This document shows positions 41,304-51,000 of a stretch of 64,000 nucleotides of DNA, one piece after another. Origin of the DNA: Candidatus Obscuribacterales bacterium. Lineage in GTDB: Bacteria; Cyanobacteriota; Vampirovibrionia; Obscuribacterales; Obscuribacteraceae. The notes under the pieces are model-generated. The model was not told where the DNA came from. It did no database searches and worked only from the letters and a program-made list of their open reading frames with translations. The first letter of the stretch is position 1. Each line of letters opens with the position of its first letter. The stretch is from contig CBDDIJ010000003.1 of NCBI GenBank assembly GCA_965228855.1, forward strand, positions 928,001-992,000, in the 5' to 3' direction. The position numbers and the translations under genes are program-made.

Positions 41304-42056
41304 CTAAGCGCTTTGTAGCGGTAGAGCGGGTGCGGTTATCGTTTCCCGTTCAAATATCACGCAAGGCCATTGCATCGGATCGACGAACGAGGCGCAGACG
41401 TGCCAGCCTTCTTCGCTACGGGCCTGAATTAAATCTTCCAGGCGTGTAGCCTGATTCTTGTAGAAACCGCCAAAAGCCTGATCGACAAGGTAGTCGTATG
41501 GTTGATCGTGTTCGTTTGTGACTGCAATCAGAACAGGTTTCAATCCCCCATGAATAACGCAGGCGAGCGACATTCCTCGAACCGTCTGGAGCTCAAACAG
41601 CGCTTCTTTGACCAGTTCGCGCTTCCGACCGAAGGCAGTAAGTGTGAGTGGAACGGCGACGACTTTTGATTCGGCGCATGAGTGGTTTACCTTTCTCAAA
41701 ACCGCTATCGGTTTACTTCCAAAATTCTCGATGATTGCGACAGGGACGAAGTTGTGTTTCAAACAGAGGTCGAGGTATTTGAGGGTAGAACGAACGCTTC
41801 CGAGTGATTCGTCGAAGGGGATTTCTCCGACACCGTAAACGGGTGGCTCGATGGCGTCCACTAACCGATGAAAGATAAGCTTCGACACACGCAATTCATC
41901 CTGGCAGACGTCTACGAGCTCCCAGCCCGCCTTTGCTCGGTCTGCGAGCACTCGTTTGATTGCTTCTACGTTTGATTCAGCCGGGCGGCGCCTGAGCGGC
42001 TCGATAAAATTTTCCAGACGCAAAAAACGTGTTGAGGTCGAAGCAGCATTTTCCAT
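41304..42056 (-). CDS. Hypothetical protein with repeated DUF4177-like modules
   Basis: LADRAKAGWELV and IQARSEEGWHVC repeats; GGAGAGG RBS before ATG 42056. Confidence 0.55.
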   Translation of the reverse strand: MENAASTSTRFLRLENFIEPLRRRPAESNVEAIKRVLADRAKAGWELVDVCQDELRVSKLIFHRLVDAIEPPVYGVGEIPFDESLGSVRSTLKYLDLCLKHNFVPVAIIENFGSKPIAVLRKVNHSCAESKVVAVPLTLTAFGRKRELVKEALFELQTVRGMSLACVIHGGLKPVLIAVTNEHDQPYDYLVDQAFGGFYKNQATRLEDLIQARSEEGWHVCASFVDPMQWPCVIFERETITAPALPLQSA

Positions 42057-42271
42057 GTCGAAGCCCTCTCCAGACGGAGGTTCACTAACCTTATTGAGAC
42101 CGCATAGCATGAATATCCGCTGCCAGTGCTGCTTGTGCGGAGCCTGAATGTTTGGAAAGGTGATTCGCCCAGGCTCGCTTTCGCGTTTCCACGCTGGCAG
42201 TTTTACAAGCAGGTTGATTAATCGAGCGTGGGGGGAACATTGTAGAGACCACGAGCTGCCAGAAACCAGTT

Positions 42272-44152
42272 ATGGAACCACCCACCCAACTGGACGACTT
42301 AACCGGAAAAACTCTCGTCGAGCGATACCATATCCATGGTCGGCTCGGACAGGGCGGCATGGGAGCGATTTTCACCGCGCATGACGACATTCTCGATCGG
42401 GATGTCGCGATTAAAACAGTGCCGCGGAATAACCTGAACGACGTTGAACTGGTGCGTTTTCACCGCGAGGGCAAGGCTGCAAGCACTGTGCGTCATCCGA
42501 ACGTGATTCAGATGCTTGATTTTGGCGTGCTTGAAACCGGGCAGCCATTTATCGTTATGGAACTGATCAGAGGAATTTCGATTTCGCAGCTTTTGAAGGA
42601 ACGAGGTCCTCAGCAGGCGCTGTTCACGTTGCAGATACTCGAACAGATTGCAGAAGGTATGAGTGCTGTTCACAAGGCAGGCATCGTTCATCGTGATTTG
42701 AAGACCAGCAACGTCATGATCGTGAACTTGGATACGACTCCGCTTGTGCGAATCCTTGATTTTGGAATTGCAAAGTCTGTTGCGGGAGAGGAGCAAACGA
42801 GCACAGTTACTCGTGCAGGTCAGATCTTCGGTAGTCCTAACTATATGAGTCCGCAGCAGATCAGGGGGGAATCGCTGGACCAACGGGCTGATGTTTATGC
42901 TCTCGGATGTATTGCCTTTGAGATGCTCACCGGCCGGACGATGTTCGAAGGCGAAACTGTAATGGAGCTTGTAACCAAACATCTGAATGAGCCCGCGCCA
43001 CGACTCTGGGAAGTAGGAGACCAGTCATATCCGATGGAGCTGGAGCGGCTGGTAGCGCATATGGTGGCAAAGAACACAGACGAGAGATTTGCCTCGATGG
43101 ACGTTGTGATCGAAAACATTCGAGATGTTCGGACTGTACTAGAGGAGAGGCTGGAGCAGGAGCGGCTGACGGAAAAGGTTTCATCCAGCAAACAGGCGAC
43201 CGATGAGGAGTTGCGGAAAAGAAATCGTCTGTCCGCGCAACTGTTGTTTACAGGGGCTTTGGTAGCGGTAGGTCTTTCCATTGCAATTATGAATGGTTAC
43301 GTACATCCCATGCTCAAGAAGGAGCAAGAGATTGTCAAAGTGGCGCCTGCGAAAATCGACAACAATGGCAGAAAGGAACGACTTGATCGCTCCCAGAGTA
43401 CACTAGCTTTTCTCGAACTCGGCGATCAAACGGCCGGAGATATGGGCGTGCTGATGGACCAGTCCGGCGACAGCACTCTTGCCCTGGACAATGCCCTGAA
43501 GGGAGGCGGAAGACGGGAACACATCATCCTTCTGAATTCGAAGGTAACACTCGAGGATGCATCGAAGATAGTCCTTTTGAATCCGAATAAGCTGAACTTG
43601 CGCAGGTGCGTCGGCGTGAATGATGCTTTTCTCAAGGAAGTTTCTAAGGCAAAAGCGATTCAGATGATCGATCTTGACTTGTGCAAGGGTATCTCACCTA
43701 AGGGCTTCAGGTGCCTCAGTTCGCTTCCGAAGCTTACAACCTTGTTTGTGAGGGGCTGTGATTTAACTGATGCGCACTTGAAGGAGATCGGACAGACCTC
43801 CTCGCTGCTGCAATTGTTTGTAGAAAGGAACCATCAGATCACGTTGAAAGGCGTAGAGCAAATAGGCGGAAAAGTTTTACCGGTCAAGATTGTCGTGGAT
43901 CAGCCGAATCTGTATTTACTCTCGACCGAAAAGCAGAATGAACTGCTTCGCAAGTATAACGTTAAATTGTTCCGCTCGGACAATGTGACCGCCGAGTCGT
44001 TCAGTCTATCCAACATGATGGATCTCGCTGGAATCGGTGACATGCCTCTGCCCTCGGACAAAAAAAATTCCGGTATTTCCGATGAGGCGGCGTTGAGTAA
44101 GCTGGGCTCAAAACGGTCCAAAAAATATCGGGGCGGGTTCGACGATGATTGA
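42272..44152 (+). CDS. Hanks-type Ser/Thr kinase - TM - LRR-like domain (K1)
   Basis: GQGGMG, VAIK, HRDLKTSN, DFG; TM LLFTGALVAVGLSIAIM; LRR-like LTTLFVRGCDLTD. Confidence 0.93.
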   Translation: MEPPTQLDDLTGKTLVERYHIHGRLGQGGMGAIFTAHDDILDRDVAIKTVPRNNLNDVELVRFHREGKAASTVRHPNVIQMLDFGVLETGQPFIVMELIRGISISQLLKERGPQQALFTLQILEQIAEGMSAVHKAGIVHRDLKTSNVMIVNLDTTPLVRILDFGIAKSVAGEEQTSTVTRAGQIFGSPNYMSPQQIRGESLDQRADVYALGCIAFEMLTGRTMFEGETVMELVTKHLNEPAPRLWEVGDQSYPMELERLVAHMVAKNTDERFASMDVVIENIRDVRTVLEERLEQERLTEKVSSSKQATDEELRKRNRLSAQLLFTGALVAVGLSIAIMNGYVHPMLKKEQEIVKVAPAKIDNNGRKERLDRSQSTLAFLELGDQTAGDMGVLMDQSGDSTLALDNALKGGGRREHIILLNSKVTLEDASKIVLLNPNKLNLRRCVGVNDAFLKEVSKAKAIQMIDLDLCKGISPKGFRCLSSLPKLTTLFVRGCDLTDAHLKEIGQTSSLLQLFVERNHQITLKGVEQIGGKVLPVKIVVDQPNLYLLSTEKQNELLRKYNVKLFRSDNVTAESFSLSNMMDLAGIGDMPLPSDKKNSGISDEAALSKLGSKRSKKYRGGFDDD

Positions 44153-46229
44153 GGCGCCGGATACACAGAACTGTACGATCTGCAGAAAACCGAAAACGAG
44201 TGGTGTCGCGGGCAGTATCACTCAATGGGTTTCCGTTTGCAGATGCGATTTGGCATCGGAATCGTTGGGAACTGAAGCGGCGGAGCGATTGCGTGTGTGC
44301 GCGAATTGCAGGAAGCGAATCAATATCTCAAAAGGTGGTTCGATAACACAGTGGATATTCTCTGAGAATTTTTGCAAGTGTGAGAAACCCTTGTTCATGC
44401 CGGTAGAGGATGAGCCGGATGATAAAGATTCGAGTTCGCATAACGTGAATCTCGATCCCATTGATGAAGTGTATCTTGATGTTGATGCGGCACAGTTTCC
44501 CGTAGAGCGCTATAAACCGATTGAGTTTCTCGGTAAAGGCGCTCTGGGTGAGGTTTACCTTTGTCGCGATGCGCTTCTCGGTAAGAAAGTTGCGGTAAAA
44601 CGGCTGGTGACGTTAACTGATGAGTCGGTGGTAGCGTTTCAAAACGAGGCAAAGATTGCCAGCAAATTAAAGCATCCCAATGTGATTAGCGTCCTTGATT
44701 TTGGAACCACGAGCGGTGGCAGACCATTCATGGTTATGGAGTATTTCCCTGGAACCAGTCTTGCCGGCTTAATCTCGAATGCTGGTAGGATCGATGAACG
44801 GGACGCCCGGGAAATCTTCTTGCCAATCTGTCGTTCGCTTCAATACTTACATGATAATGGCGTTATGCATCGCGATTTGAAACCGTCTAACGTGCTTGTT
44901 TCCGTATGCAAAGATGGGCAGATTGACGTACGCCTGATTGATTTTGGTTTGTCAAAAACGAATCAAGAGCACCAGTCGAGAACGCTCCTCAATGGTCATA
45001 CGATTGTGGGAACGCCGGAATATATGAGTCCTGATCAGGCACTGGGAAAACGTTATGATGCGCAATCGGAAATTTACTCATTGGGATGCCTGATGTTTGA
45101 GACCTTGACCGGCAAGCAACCATTCAGTGGAGAAACCGCGCTGGAGGTGTTAAACAAACACGTACATGCGCCACCGCCATTGGTGCTGGACTTGAATGAA
45201 AATGTTTCTGAGCAGCTAGCCGCAATTGTCGACAAATGTTTGGAGAAAAGGCGCGAGGAGCGGTTTCAACAAATAAATCAAATCGAAACGGCCCTTCTTG
45301 CGGGTTCAAGTTTGCCTGCCCTGGAAACGGAGGGAGGCATTCATCGACGAGAACCGTCAATTTTTGAGCTTCAACCGACCTCTCCGGCTCAAGCACGGCG
45401 TTCGTGGGTCCCACTTCTTTCCCTTGTGGTGGCTGCGGTATTTGCCGGTTCAGGAATGATCTGGTTGATTGGGAAGAGCGATGCAGATTCTGTGCCTGTG
45501 CCAAAACTAGTCACACCACCTTACTTAGAGAAGAGTGATGAGCAGACTGCCCTCAATACGTCTTCAGCAGTACTTGGAAGAGGTGCTTTCAGTAATGCCG
45601 ACTACCCGCAAGATCTCGAGTCTGGGGAGCTCCCGACCGGTTTGGTTTTTGATGGGCGAGGTCCTGTAACTAAAGAGATTCAGGTGCATGTTAATCGGAA
45701 GACCAACTGTTATAGTGTTCGCTTAAGAAATCGACAGATTTCGGACGGCGATATTACGCTTCTCGGGAAGCTGAAGCCCAAATCGATTGCTCTGGTCCGG
45801 TGCTATGGTCTGACGGAACGTTCTCTAAGAGAGCTAGCTGCGAATAAAGATTTGCAGGCGTTTACACTTGAGGATTGCAACAAGTTTTCACTGCGCGGCG
45901 TGAAGGTTTGGCATCAACTTCCACGTCTGGACCAGCTATCGCTAATTGGTGCGGGGCTGTCGGATCCAGACCTCAAGAGTCTGGGTGGCTTGGGAATAAG
46001 TACCTGCAGCTTGGCGCGCAATCCAAATCTGACCTTTGAAGGATTTCGCATGTTAGGTGGAAACGCAAAACCTATCTATCTGTTTCTAAGTGACAATCAG
46101 ATGCGCAGGCTTACGGACGTTCAGAAAAACGAACTTTCTGGCAAGCGAAATTTAAAGCTCGCTCTTGAAAAATTCAATATGACTCGGAAGGGAAATATCT
46201 ACAGTTACTTTGACGAAGAGCAGAAATGA
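44145..46229 (+). CDS. Cys-module - Ser/Thr kinase - TM - LRR-like domain (K2)
   Basis: Eight N-terminal Cys; GKGALG, HRDLKPSN, DFG; TM; LDQLSLIGAGLSD. Confidence 0.93.
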   Translation: MIEAPDTQNCTICRKPKTSGVAGSITQWVSVCRCDLASESLGTEAAERLRVCANCRKRINISKGGSITQWIFSENFCKCEKPLFMPVEDEPDDKDSSSHNVNLDPIDEVYLDVDAAQFPVERYKPIEFLGKGALGEVYLCRDALLGKKVAVKRLVTLTDESVVAFQNEAKIASKLKHPNVISVLDFGTTSGGRPFMVMEYFPGTSLAGLISNAGRIDERDAREIFLPICRSLQYLHDNGVMHRDLKPSNVLVSVCKDGQIDVRLIDFGLSKTNQEHQSRTLLNGHTIVGTPEYMSPDQALGKRYDAQSEIYSLGCLMFETLTGKQPFSGETALEVLNKHVHAPPPLVLDLNENVSEQLAAIVDKCLEKRREERFQQINQIETALLAGSSLPALETEGGIHRREPSIFELQPTSPAQARRSWVPLLSLVVAAVFAGSGMIWLIGKSDADSVPVPKLVTPPYLEKSDEQTALNTSSAVLGRGAFSNADYPQDLESGELPTGLVFDGRGPVTKEIQVHVNRKTNCYSVRLRNRQISDGDITLLGKLKPKSIALVRCYGLTERSLRELAANKDLQAFTLEDCNKFSLRGVKVWHQLPRLDQLSLIGAGLSDPDLKSLGGLGISTCSLARNPNLTFEGFRMLGGNAKPIYLFLSDNQMRRLTDVQKNELSGKRNLKLALEKFNMTRKGNIYSYFDEEQK

Positions 46230-47968
46230 GTGATGCTGACGAAGAGCTGAATTTAAACACCGACAGCTTCCCTCTAGAGCGGTACGAGCCGCTGCAATTG
46301 CTTGGTCGAGGTGGCTTGGGGGAGGTGTATCTCGCTCGCGATTTGAAGTTGGCTCGGAATGTTGCTGTCAAATGTTTGATGGCTGTCGATGAGGAAACGG
46401 TCGTCGTATTTCATCGAGAGGCAAAAATCGCAAGTAAACTTCATCACCCTAACGTCGTAGGCACTCTAGACTTCGGCACCACAGACGGTGGCCGACCCTA
46501 CATTGCTTTTGAGTATTTTAAGGGGATCAGTCTTGAGCAGTTGATCGCCGAACAGGGCGGACACATAGACGAGGCTCTAGTCCGCAAGATCTTCGTAACT
46601 GTAGCCCGCGCGCTCAGCTACATACATGAGCATAAAGTTTTTCATCGAGATATGAAACCTTCAAATATTATGGTGAATCTCGAGGATCCGCAGACCATGC
46701 AGTTGCGCATAATCGATTTTGGTGTTTCGGCGATAAAGGAGGACATACAAAATAGGAGCCTAGTCCAGGGCAAGACTATCGTTGGAACGCCTGTATATAT
46801 GAGTCCGGATCCTGTGCGCGGCGATGAGTTCGATGCTCGTTCGGAAGTTTATTCGCTCGGCTGCATAATGTTTGAATGCCTGGTTGGAGAACCGCCCTTC
46901 GACGCGCCGTCTACGGCGGAAGTTCTCGATTTGCATATTACGGCCACGCCGCCTCCTTTGGAAGATATTTTTTCAGATGTAGAAGTCTCGCCGGAACTCG
47001 CACACATAATTTACAAATGCCTGGCGAAGGACAAAAGCGAACGCTATCAAACTATGCTGGAGCTCGCCGATGCTTTTGAAAAGCCATATTCTTTGAAGAA
47101 GGAAGAGGAGAGACCGGTCGAGCCGGAGAACGAAACAACGCAACCACCTGGTAAAAGCAAGTTTGGAATTGTCATCGTATCTGGTGCCATCGTTTTAACA
47201 CTTCTGGTGCTGAGTGCGGTGGTGTCGATTATGAGCAATCCGTCTGCAAGCACAGATGTATTGAAAACTGCCGACGCCGTGAAGGAACTAACTGAAGACA
47301 GGCGGACGAAATCCAAACCTGACGATGCGGAGCTGGTTGTGGTTAAGGATGATAACGCGACTGGCGCTTATATATCCGGAGCTGCTGGTGTGGTGAGGCT
47401 CAAAAAATTTGCACAGTCCAAGCAGCGCAAGAAGATGGTTACGCTAAAGAATCTGACGTTTGATGTTCCGCTGTTGAAAGACCTTGCAGTTGTCCAGCCC
47501 AGAACTGTTCAATGTTTTGACCTGGATATGAGTGATAAAAGCGTATTCGCGCAAATGCATCTGGTTACATCGCTCCGGGAACTAGACTTTCACGCGTGTT
47601 CAAATATTGAGCCGAAGGACCTGGCTGCTCTCTCCGACATGCCGAGGTTATCTTCGTTGCTTCTGGTCGGATGTATGTTAAACGATGAGCATCTGAAGGC
47701 TTTGAAGGGTCACAGGAGGTTGGAAAAACTCGTTCTAGACGGCAACAAGAATCTGTCAATGAATGGACTCCTGAACTTGTCGCGGAAACCTGAAGAGCCG
47801 CCAATTGCTGTGTGGCTAAGCGAGGGCGATTTGACAAAGCTTTCTGGTGGAGAAATCCAGGAATTGCGCAGGAAGCATCGAATAGTACTGACCACGCGCT
47901 TGCCTGAGTATCAAGGCGAAGGTGGCGACGGGATGATTCATACGGACGCGTTGGAGCTTATCGAATAA
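46226..47968 (+). CDS. Ser/Thr kinase - TM - LRR-like domain (K3)
   Basis: GRGGLG, HRDMKPSN, DFG; TM; LRELDFHACSNI, LEKLVLDGN. Confidence 0.93.
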   Translation: MSDADEELNLNTDSFPLERYEPLQLLGRGGLGEVYLARDLKLARNVAVKCLMAVDEETVVVFHREAKIASKLHHPNVVGTLDFGTTDGGRPYIAFEYFKGISLEQLIAEQGGHIDEALVRKIFVTVARALSYIHEHKVFHRDMKPSNIMVNLEDPQTMQLRIIDFGVSAIKEDIQNRSLVQGKTIVGTPVYMSPDPVRGDEFDARSEVYSLGCIMFECLVGEPPFDAPSTAEVLDLHITATPPPLEDIFSDVEVSPELAHIIYKCLAKDKSERYQTMLELADAFEKPYSLKKEEERPVEPENETTQPPGKSKFGIVIVSGAIVLTLLVLSAVVSIMSNPSASTDVLKTADAVKELTEDRRTKSKPDDAELVVVKDDNATGAYISGAAGVVRLKKFAQSKQRKKMVTLKNLTFDVPLLKDLAVVQPRTVQCFDLDMSDKSVFAQMHLVTSLRELDFHACSNIEPKDLAALSDMPRLSSLLLVGCMLNDEHLKALKGHRRLEKLVLDGNKNLSMNGLLNLSRKPEEPPIAVWLSEGDLTKLSGGEIQELRRKHRIVLTTRLPEYQGEGGDGMIHTDALELIE

Positions 47969-48031
47969 GTGAGTTCCGACCGTTTTCAAAGTTCCAATAT
48001 GAACAGGCGTAAACAACATATTGACTGACGT

Positions 48032-48068
48032 AAAAGAAGAGGGCGCTTCATTTCGAAGCGCCCTCTTC
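48032..48068 (-). terminator. Intrinsic terminator of the giant adhesin gene
   Basis: 14-bp stem GAAGAGGGCGCTTC/GAAGCGCCCTCTTC with a T run on the minus strand. Confidence 0.85.
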
Positions 48069-48093
48069 CCGCACCTATTTGGTCAACTGAGAA

Positions 48094-51000
48094 CTACCAG
48101 TTAAGAGCGACAGTTCTCGGTTTTGTGTGGAACTCGAATGGAGTAGTGCTGCCGATGTGCATCATAACTGCCGAGGTTTTGATGACACTTTGAGCAACCT
48201 TTTTGGCGGCTGCATTTTCGGAGTGCATCATAGCGCTTAGCGGTTTCACGATTTGAACGGCTGATGGAATTGAGAATTCTGTTGAGAATGCTCGTTGGCC
48301 GGCGCCGAGGTCGTGGCTCGTTACCGAGCGGTGCATGATCGACTCGATCGGGTTGGCATCGGCGAAGGTCGCTGCGCGATCGCTGGTGACGGTCATATGT
48401 CTTCCTGGTGAAAGCGACAGGTCACGACCGCCGGCGGCGATAACCACGCTGCCTTTATGTTGGTCGTTGATGTCGTACACCGAGAGGTGATGCTCGTCAG
48501 CACTGATGAACGCAACAGCGTTGGCGCCGAGTTTGACTTTGCCCTTTGGAGTTACAACGGTCATGTCCTTCGACGGCACGAACAAAGCGGAGCCATTGTC
48601 GAGAGTGACGAGGTCGCTGTGTTTGATGGTCGAGATTGCTTTGCCCGCTGTTCCGGAGGCGAAACCGAATTCGATATCGCTGCAGACTTTGCCGTCAACA
48701 ATCTGACCGACGGGAGCGTAGCCCACGATGGTCGAGTCATCTTCTTGAACATTAGAGACTGTTAGATTGTTGGCGGTAGCCAGGTTGGACAATGTGCCTG
48801 TGATTGCGTCTTTGCCGGTTGTAGCTGTGGCGTTGGCGGTCGACACCAGGTTGACCGATGATACCGCTGCCGGTGCCGTGAGGCTGGCAAGTGACGCAGG
48901 CAGAACGCTGGCGGGAGAGCCGCCATCTGTTGAGGCGTCTTTCGCACTCCAGGCTGTGATGGTCATGGGCGCTCCGGCAGCGACCGGCGGATCCGCCGTG
49001 ATGGTGCTGCCACCGCCAATGATGACTCCGTTCTTCACGGCTGCTTTAATCAGAACGTCAGCGCCCTGACCGGTAAGAGTCGTGTCCGGTGCCTCGAAGA
49101 TGACCTTCTTGGTTCCTCTGCCTCTACCGGTGAGCACTTCGCCGTCAATGGTGACTGCGACTATGTTGCGACCTTTGAGGTTCTTTGTTCTGGTCGGTGC
49201 ATCGCCTTGAAGAATGCTGACGTTGCCCTCGCCCACGACTTTGGCATCTGTGAAGATGTTGTTGGCTGCACCGATTGTGATGTTGCCGTTTGCAATCGTC
49301 TGGATGAGGATGAAGTCGTCACCCTGGATTGTGATGTTGTCGGCGGTTGCCAGGTCGCCTGCTGTCGAGATGATGTTGAGTTCGCCATCAACCGCGGTGA
49401 CATTCGCATTGACTGCGATGTCGCCATCAGCGAGCAGATTGACGCCGTTGTCGGAGGAAACCGCTGCATTCACCGTCAGACTTCCGGAGCTGTCAACAGC
49501 GGTTCCTGTGACCGAGTCCAGAGCGCCGGCAATAATGGTGTTGCCATTGTTGACGATGTTGATGTTTCCGGTTGCCGTGAGGTCGTTGACTGTCAGGGCG
49601 CCGGTGTTGGTGAGCGCGAGGCTTCCAACCGTGCTGGATGCGAGCGTAGTGAACGCTGTATCCGTGAGATTGACTGAGCCGGGAACCGTGAGCGCCAGAT
49701 TCGCACCACCGAGGGTGCCGGCTGTCTGATCAATGCTTGCCGCATTCAGGGTCACGTCGGCCGCTGCTGTCACATCTTCGTTGAGTTCGATCTCGGAACC
49801 ATTTGCAGTCAGCGTGACGTTGTTGGCGTCCACTGTGTTGTTGACGACGATACCGCTTCCGCCTGCCTGATTCGAGGTCAGACGGACATCGCCGGTGCCT
49901 GCGTCTACAGTGTCTCCCACGGTGATAGCACCGCCGGCAGTGACGTCGACATCTAGACCAGCTGCTGCGATCTGATTGACGGTCAGGTCGCCTGCTTCAT
50001 TCTGCAAGGTGACGGCGGCGGTATTACCTGCGCCGGTCGAGAATGCCGTGAATGAATTGAGCGAGGTGTTGGCGAAGGTTGCCGTTCCGTCTACGACGTC
50101 GACTTCGAGGGAGTCAGCCGTAATTGCTCCGGTCGATATCGTGTTGGTCGAGTCGAAACCGCCGAGGAGAGCGAGTGCGCCTGTGCCGACATTTATAGTG
50201 CCGGCTGTCAGATTGCCTGCCGTGATATCTTGCGGAACGACTGTACCGCTTGTGACCACGCCGTCCGTGATTACCAGCGGTCCAGCAATTTGAACCGTAC
50301 CTACACCTACGAGGGCGTCGCCATCTGTACCGGTGGTACCGATGGTGGTGATGTTGCCCACGGTGACACCGCCTTCGCCGCCGATGGCGACATTTCCACC
50401 GTTGATAGCGCCGGTTGTGTCGATGTTTCCTACGACGACGGTGCCGGCATTGACCGTGCCACCATTGGCGTAGATTCCTACGTCGCCACCGTTTGCAGCG
50501 GTGCTGCTCGTGACGATGTTCACTCCCGACAGATTGACGTTACCGCCGGTCGCGTTGAAACCGGTGATTGTGAAGGGCTGGTCGCTTTGCTCCTGACCCA
50601 TGCTTGCTGGTGTCGCATCGACGCCTGCGAGTACCACCAGGTCTCCACCGGAAACTGTGCCGGAGGATAGATCGATGAGGACAGCACCAGTGGTGGTGAT
50701 ATTACCTGCGGCGATGATCGCGAGGCTCTCGCCCTGGAAGATCAAATTAGCCGGTAAGGTGACATCGCCTGTGGTGTTGATAATGGTGTTGCCATTAATC
50801 ACGTTCACTTCCGCGAAATTCGTGATGGTTCCTGGTGTGAACACGCGTGCCGTCACCGTCAGTGTGTTCATGCTGTTATCGCCGTTCAACGTGCCGTTGT
50901 TCGTGACAGCATTGATGCCATCGTTATTTTCGAGGGTCAGGAATACATCGCCGCCGTTGAAATTGGTTTGACCGTTGGTGGTGATGCTTCCGTCCTGAGC

